A program made the translations under genes and the position numbers. From NCBI GenBank assembly GCA_030265395.1, contig JARFYF010000017.1, forward strand, positions 22,767,566 through 22,831,565: 64,000 nucleotides of DNA, read 5' to 3'. How positions within the stretch are numbered: position 1 is the first letter of the stretch; each line of letters starts with the position of its first letter. The DNA comes from Rhina ancylostomus. Taxonomy: Eukaryota. The notes under the pieces are model-generated. The model searched no databases. It saw only the letters and a program-made list of their open reading frames with translations, and had not been told where the DNA came from. This document shows positions 55,990-64,000 of this stretch, in pieces.

Positions 55990-56900
55990 ATGGCCAAGTA
56001 ATGCCTTAGAATGATTTCCCTTCCCATGCCCGCACCATCACTTCCAGAGCTCCCCATGGATGGAGGTTCGGGTCCCTCCCATTTTTCATCAACATTTGTT
56101 TGATGTCCTTCAAGTCCATGTTTGACTTGGTTTATGTGTGTGGTTGATCAGTCCAATTTGTGCTCTGAAATGTCTGGCACAACAACCGAGAGATGCTACT
56201 GTGGGTTTCATGGTTAACAGGAGATGTCCTGGTGGTGTGAGATTTCTGCTACTTGCACTTTTGTTCTGCAACAAGACTTGTCCTTTGGCTCACAGCCTGT
56301 AGCTCCAGTGTGGATGAAGCTTATCAGCTGGAACAACCCTGAGCAATATCGAAATGGTAATTGTGCATTCAAGAGCATTATCAATAATGCAATGCTTTAA
56401 GGATGACTAGAGGGAGATCATGAAACATTTCTTCTGTCTTCCCTGTGAGCACGTTCTCTTCAACTTGCCATAAGAAATTTTTTATGACAGTTCCTCATCT
56501 AATATCCTGGGAACATAACATGGCCACCTCATCTGGAGTATCATCAACCGAATACAGGTGTTTGGAATATCTGTAGTGCAACAACCTCAGTGTTTGGGAC
56601 TTTGACGTGTTATGAGTTTTCTTGGTCAGCTCCTGTAACAGTAGTTCAGTTTTATAGCATGGTGTTTACACGTGTGTACAGCAAGGCTGACAACACAATA
56701 GATTTGTGGGCCCTCCAATTTGTTTGTTGAATGATGTCTCTGCACTTCCAGAGATATTACGTGGTCTGCTAAAGCTCACAGTTGCTTTGGCAATTCTGAT
56801 ACTGATTTCATCATTGTGACAGTGCACTCCTGGCAGAGAAGAGCTTGACACTGCCTCTGGTCTAATAGGTTTCCACTGGCATCTTTCTGAGTATATACTA
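55990..56900 (-). mobile_element. decayed RTE-clade LINE fragment
   Basis: Reverse ORF has DEISIRIAKATVSFSR, typical of the RTE C-terminal domain. Confidence 0.55.
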
Positions 56901-57377
56901 CACAGTCCTCTTGTTGTTTTAGTTTGAAACTTGGAAGCTAGCAATCCATGTGAGACTTCAGCCTTCAGACTTATTTTGCTCATTTCAGTTATTTATGTGG
57001 ATTTTTTCTTTTGCTTCAAAATTGCATCAGGCCGTTATAGTAGTAACTACACCAGGAATAGTTAGTTTTCATTATGTACTTGAGGTCATGAGAAGCACCA
57101 CATAAATGTAAGCCTATCTTTTCCTTCATGTGAACATGGTATAGGCTCATAAAAATGAGTTTGAAGCTATTTGAAACTGGAGTCAAGAGGAGTGGCAAGA
57201 GTTTGTCACAGCCTCACCAGAGAAATGCAGCCTCTGTTTGCCGATTGTGTAAGACCAGGAGGAACATTCACCAAGAGTGGGATATAGCTCACCAGGACTG
57301 GGATCAATGCCCTTCATTGGAGATTCATAGGTGAGTAATTGGGGAAAGTATAAACAAAAGTGGGCTCTTACACTATA

Positions 57378-59216
57378 AATTTCTATCATTCTGTCTTGTT
57401 CTTGCTGCCACCTTCTAGGACACAACAGAATTGAATATAAGCATTTGGGTACAATCTATTGGAAGTTAAATAAGAAAAACTTACATTTGATATAAAGGGT
57501 TGTTGAATCCATTGTTGGATGGGATTATATATGCTGTCTGCATTTAGTGTAACCCAGTATAGGGATTATGGGAGAAAGATTTAGGGGACAAATGGAAGCT
57601 ATATTATAAATTATTTTGTTTTTATTCCATTTTTAAAGTCATAAGTGTTTTTAAGTACTTTTGGTTATTTTTTTTAAACTTCATAATGTATTTAAATTAT
57701 TTACCTCAGTGTTAATAGTTTTTTTTGACTGTTTCTGAATTTCAGGATACTTTTTAAAAACTTTCAGAATTCAATTGCAGCTCTTACAGCCAGCCATGCC
57801 CCACCCCTAGCTTCCTCAGTCGTCAAAGGACATCAGAGACATTTCTTGGGTAGGCCTTCTCACTACATCACCTTAGGCTCTGTAAAGTCAGAGAGCCAGC
57901 TGATGGACACTTGGTCATGGAAACACAGTGAGATGGGCCCACTGTACCTTGACAAGGTAAGTACACACTGAAGGTGGTGATTCTTGGCAGGGGGTACAGG
58001 AACAGCAAGATGGAAAGAAAAATTGTCATTGAAGGGTCAAGGAGAGAATCCATTTTATTAAGGAAACAAAGAGACTAACACACCACTGTAATAGTGAAAG
58101 GGAGATATGCATGAACTGTAAAGTGATGATATTGGGGGGGGGGGAAACGACTTCAAATGCCCCAATATTAGTTGAGAAAACGTTAGTGTAAAAGGCAAAG
58201 AAGGGGAAATTACTGAACTGTATTCTGTAGAACTTCGTTGATCATTGTGTTTAGTACCACTAGGAGGCATTGCTGGATCTAGTTCTAATGAGGTGGATGA
58301 AGTGTTAGTAAGAGCTTTCACAACCACATCTCTTAGCAAACGTAAACATTAGGATCACCTGAGAAACTTTGGCTTCAATGCTTCAGAACCATTCAGACAT
58401 GTCCATCTTTCCCCATCCTTGCTTCAACTTAAAACTAACTTGTTTTCTCACTGTTCTAGTTCCGATTAAGGGTCTTCAAACCTCACCATTAACTGTTTAT
58501 CTTTCCACAGATGCTGTCTGACCTGCTGAGTGTTTCCAGCATTTCCTGCTTTTGTTTGTTTGCCACCGTCTGCAGTTTTGTGATTTCTTTTGGTCAGTGA
58601 GAGAATTTTGACAATTGGGGGCATAAATGCTGCCAGTTCAACATTTTTAAAGGCAGCTACATTTCCTGGCCAGGATAAGGAAAGAAAGCAAGGGAAGAAA
58701 CAAGAGAGGTCCAGCCATCATCTTCCAGTCTCCTTTGGCTACAGATGTGATGCCCATGGAGTGGAAAGAAGCCAAGACGATATATAAAATCACAAGTGAA
58801 CAGGTAGGATTTTCCCTTAAGTGGTCAATATCTATAAGGTAAATAGTAGAAGGATTAGAAGTTGAGGAAAAGGTTTTTGCTCAGAGTGGCAGGGTGTAGA
58901 ACTGCCTGAGAGAGTAGTGAGGCAGAAACCCTGATTACATTGAGTTAAACATTTGATGCAGCATTGGCTACAAGGCAGAGAGCTGGGAAATGGGATTAAT
59001 CTAAATAGCTCTCTTTTAGCCATAAAGGGAATGTGAATTTCTATCATTCTGTCTTGTTCTTGCTGCCTTCTTCTAGGCCACAACAGAACTGAATATAAAC
59101 ATTTAGGTGCAATCTGTTGGAATTTAAATAAGAAAAAAATCTTACATTTGACATAAAGGTTTGTTGAATCCTTTCTTTGGATGGAATTATACAAGCTGTC
59201 TGCATTAAGAGAAACC
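57378..59216 (+). repeat. about 180-bp direct duplication (57378-57554 and 59036-59216)
   Basis: Both copies start AATTTCTATCATTCTGTCTTGTTCTTGCTGCC and stay collinear to GCTGTCTGCATT. Confidence 0.9.
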
Positions 59217-62200
59217 TGTTTGAAGCTGTATTGTAGTCTGTTATGTCTTGGCATGTTGGACATTATGCATGGCCTGGGACCGTATTGCATGTGGAATGAT
59301 TAAACATTCAGAAAATCCAGATCAGGAAGATATCTACCCAGACACTGCTCCACCACAATATAGGATGCTTTATAATGTATTTGGGGGGGAAAAAAAACTC
59401 TCTTGTCAATGACACATATGGTAGTGACAATTCAAAACCACACATTCACTGAACCAAGAACAGAATCCAATATGTCTGCACGTAAGATGACAGAAGGTGC
59501 TAGTCTCCTGAAACGGAGGCATCAGTCGGTGGCATTCTATTAGCTATGCACCCCAGTTCACAGTTTCTTACTGTGGGAGTGGATGCATTTGCTTCCTTCA
59601 CAAGCTGCACTCTCACTGGTAACACTTGAGGTGCACAAAACAAACAACTAAACACCTAGGAGGATGAGATATATTTAGGCAGGAACATGCAGAACATCAG
59701 GGACAAATCATAAACAATTTCCTTGATATTTTAGAAATGTTTTCAATAAATGTATATACTTGATCTAATTTGTCAAAACTAGATGGAAACAAACAGCTGA
59801 GTCATAGTGTTCACATGGTGTAATAAATATTGCACAATCAATAACACAGAAATACATGGAGTAGATAGCCAGACGCAGACCAGACAGCTCAGCCAGTCGA
59901 CGCCGGTGTTTATACTCCGCACAAGTCTGCTCCCGTTGCATTAACCTCATCTCAGTCTTTCAGTATATCTGGCCATTCCATTTTCTTTCTTGCCCAGATT
60001 CCTTTTACCTAAGGTATTTGTGATTTCTATACTATAACCACACTCTGAATCAAGAATCTTTTCAATATTTTTCCTGTTTGGAAATATTAATTTTCCACTT
60101 ACTAATTAACAACATTGTGTTCAGTATAGCTGATTTTGAAAATAAATGCAATGTTGGAATTTTGTATTTAGGAATAGTTTCCCTTCAGGAGATAATTCTA
60201 TTTGTTCTCCTGTGAAGTGAAGAGCTGAATTTTGTCACAGACATATATGGAACTGGATTTCCTGTAGTTATGGTGCACTAAAATATTGTCCCAGTTATTC
60301 CCAAATCTGGTGATACCTAAAAAATTGAAATTGCTCAAATACAAATATGCAACAGTGTTAATGTTTTACACCCAGAAAGAAGTGTTAAAACACTTGCATG
60401 GTTCCTGACAGGACCAGACTCCACTGAATGCAGCTGCCAACACTTTGCTGTGCACAATCACAAAATGATGTCAGCCCTTAAAGGCACACTTCCTCTGTGG
60501 TCAGACAGCAGCAATCCAGAAGGGAAAGGTTCACTCACAAGCACACAATTCCTGAAAAATTGAGGTCTTAATATTAGTACACAAGAATTATCTCCACTCT
60601 CACACAGATGCACAGTGACTGACATCATTTGGTGCAGGTGTGGTTCATGCCTGGAACTGCTGGTCCAATTTCACAATTGCCTTAATTTCAAATGAAATTG
60701 ATCACTAATGCAAATTAGTTTGGGTAAATTCAATTTTGGATCATCCAGCATTGAAGAACAGCTGACTTTGTGGCAAAAATATAATTAACATTAATATCTT
60801 GATAGTATCCATGTAGTTCACCACTTTAAAGGATGGTTATGAGTCTTCTACCTGTGTATTGGATCGTTTTCAAGCTGTAAAGTGGTGTGTGATCCAGCTT
60901 CAATTTCAACATGCTTTTCAGCAATGGAGTGTTAGTATTTAATATGAATAATTTATATTTTGGGCAGGTTCCTAAATCTTCAGTTTGACTTTGTTTAGTT
61001 AGTATGCATGAATAATTCTGCCACAAATTATGTATTTGTCACTGTTGTTAACTTTGAGGAATGAATTGGAAAGGGAGAACATTTGGAAAGTGGCCATAAA
61101 GGTAAACTATAAAAACAAGTAGATGAGTAGGCTCATTTTCACTGACTTTCTCAGCTAAAGTGACAATGTGAACTTCTGTTCATTTTTTTTCTAAATGAAT
61201 GAGTGAACACAGGAAAACCTCTATCAAGATAACACAGCTAATAAGCAAGCCTCTGTTTGTATATTTGTACCTGGTTTCACAGTCCATTCATCATTCTAAT
61301 TTATGCTTCCTTTATTGTGCTTGTGATGTTAATTTCATAATCTTCAATCTGATTCTTAAGGATTTACACAGGTGCTGTTCCTGGATGGCCTGCCCACACG
61401 ATCTCACAGTTTCAGCAACTCCAAGGGCAAGGTGTCATTGGCACTGAAAAGGCAAGTCTAAGTGGACCCTGACTGCTCACACACCAGGGCAATACGTGGG
61501 ATATTTTGGTTCTCTTTTCTCATCAGCAATAATTTTTTTTCAAAAGGTGAAGCATTTCCTTCATATTTTGCAATAATTTTTACACATTGTTCTGAGTTTC
61601 CTGTGACAAACACATATAGTTCAATGCTAGACCAGTCAGTATTGAATTGGCACCAGTAGGGGTGTACTCTGATGCACCATATTTGCTGTAGTTTTCTCCA
61701 TTCCTGGGTCTGTGGCAGATATGACAAACCACTGAGAAATCTTGGAGCAAAACTTGGGTGTGATTTGATGTTTTAAATCGTGAACACATTTTTATTTACT
61801 TCATATTATCTATAGCACATATAAGAGGACATTGTACATTAGTCTCAATGGGCAATCTGATTAAAAACTTAAAACATTTCACTTATTCATTCACCTCTTT
61901 GCATCAGGTCTCCCTGCTGAGCCCAGCAGCAGATGCCCTCTCCACTCAAACATGAAGTAGTGCTGGGGTTAGACTGAATTTATCTTGATGATCTCTTTGG
62001 CCTTAAAGCAGATTTGCTCAGTTAATAACCATTGCTTCACATGAATGGAATGAGTTTCATGCAACTGAACTTAGTGCACAGAAAATAAATGACATTCTTG
62101 TCTTTCAAACTCATACTGGACATAGTGTCATTATGGAATGATGTTTATTTGATGAAATGAAAAGGATTTTACTTGCCTGCTGTCGGAAAACAAGGGAAGT

Positions 62201-62829
62201 CAATAACCTTAGTCTCCCAGACTCTGAAATTAACTATTAGTAGTTTTCATTCCCTATTATTAACCTTGTAAGTCACAATCCCTATCTACAGCTCCTGTGG
62301 CTTCAATTCCAGATTATGGTACATATTCAACAATTCTTTTTAAAATATTTTAATATAATCTTTTAAAAAAATTACACTGCTAGAGAAATAATGCAATGAA
62401 CACAGCAGGTATCAATTGTCTGCAGAAACACTACAAAAGTGCCAGTGATAATTATCCTGTGATGGAATAACTGAAGGTCTGCAGGTGTTATCATTTATAA
62501 AAATATAAAAGAAAATGTATATCATTGTAAGAAAAAATAGCAATTTTACAAGTTCAATTCATTAACATTTAATTTTCCTTCCATTTAATAGAACATTTTG
62601 TTCTGAATTCAGGAAAACTATTGAACCCTGTCAAGCCAGTATTTAAGCAACACAATTATCACATTCATTCTGTCTCATGATGCATGCCATTCAGAATGTT
62701 TTTTCTAGTTTGATGCATGTTCAAGTCCCAGATGAGCAACTAACATTCAAAGCTGATGTCCATATTTTTGTTAGAGCCACTCAACTCCAGACCTCATCAC
62801 AGTTTTGGTCCAAATATGGACTAAAGTTT

Positions 62830-62972
62830 AAATGTTATTTATACAGTACAGTAACAGACCCTACCTACCAGCCCAATGAGCCTGTGCCACCCACGTTAAC
62901 CTACCCATAAGTCTTTGGAATGTGGGAGGAAACTAGAGCCAGAGGAAACCCACGCAGACACGGGGAGAACTT
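62830..62972 (-). mobile_element. V-SINE 3' part
   Basis: TGTGGGAGGAAAC..GAGGAAACCCACGCAGACACGGGGAGAAC. Confidence 0.75.
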
Positions 62973-64000
62973 GACGTCCCAAGGCTTTTGCACCATCTAC
63001 AAGCCACAAGTCAGAAAGGTGATGTAGTTCTCTCTACTTGCCAGGAGCACTGCAACTTTTAATAAAGTCAACACCATCCAGGACAATGGAGCCCTCTGGA
63101 CTGATATGCTTCCATCATCCTTAACATTCATTTTCTCCACCATCATTGCACAGAGGCTTCAATGTGTACCATCTACCAAAGACACTGATATACTTCAATA
63201 ATATTTAACTTTGCCATGTACTTTTCCAACTTTAATGATTTCAAATGCANNNNNNNNNNAACTTTAAGCCAAACTCCACTGGCATTAAAAAATCTTGCAA
63301 TTTCTATATTTAAACAAATCTAAATCCATAAGAGCATGAATTTTCATTTTCTGGGGTGTCAGGCTTTTTTCTGTGAAATCCCAGTGAAGGATTGGAATAG
63401 TATGGGCAGAAATTCATTCTTGTAATTTTTAAAAATTGATAAAACCATTTGACAAAACACTCTCATGCTATTAAAAAAAAACATCTTACTGTCTCCCTTT
63501 ATTCTCTGTATAATCATCTCTTAAAACTACTTATACTGTTTGTTATCCAGGTAACTTGTACAGAAATTTAGTACCCATTTGGCTGAACAAGTTCCCTTCC
63601 AACATCTAAATATTTTTATTTGTGTCCTTTAGAAATGAATGAATTTGGTTTCCTTTTGTAGAGCGTAGCACAATGCTCTAAGATGAAAGGGTACAAGGTA
63701 AAATTGTAATGGATGATTATCATCACTGCAAGTGGTAATCCTGCTTAGTAATTAAAATGCAGCATTCACAGAGATTGTTCCAATTGAACTATATGTTAAA
63801 AGCCTCAAGTTCTCTAAGAATTACAGATGGGTATATTAATTTATTTCCCTTAGCCATTATATACACAGAACAATCTTCACATACTGACACCTCTGACAAT
63901 TTATGGCAATGTATAGTCAGTCATTTCTACTAAATGACCAGAAATAGCTTGAGCTCTGACATGCTTCCAGTTAATTAGGCACCATTTAAATGAACATACA

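Noticed and set aside
61372-61451. Possible exon of a downstream gene such as CPNE7
   Set aside because: Acceptor-like CAG is present, but there is only a GC donor and no copine C2/vWA similarity in translation.

Overview
This is vertebrate genomic DNA, about 36-38% GC by eye, with many N gaps. The repeat content (V-SINE/HE1-like, DeuSINE-like, CR1, Rex1/L2-like and Penelope-like fragments) points to a cartilaginous fish (inference). Two spliced genes lie on the + strand in the same order as in human. SPG7 (paraplegin, m-AAA protease) has 17 coding exons from about 3.8 to 36.3 kb; its start codon and the end of exon 4 fall in N gaps. RPL13 has a CpG-island promoter with a TCT/5'TOP start, a non-coding exon 1 and a complete 636-nt, 211-aa CDS (42.9-50.5 kb). 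RPL13 introns host two SNORD68-type C/D snoRNAs, one with a diverged second guide. The best novel candidate is in RPL13 intron 2: a stop-containing cassette ('poison') exon whose branch-point motif pairs with the exon itself, suggesting structure-controlled splicing/NMD autoregulation. Other leads are a second long hairpin in that intron, a 43-bp promoter tandem repeat, and dispersed elements carrying decayed Penelope-type hammerhead ribozyme cores. The last 13 kb has no recognisable protein-coding exon. All calls were made by eye, without database searches; repeat boundaries are approximate.
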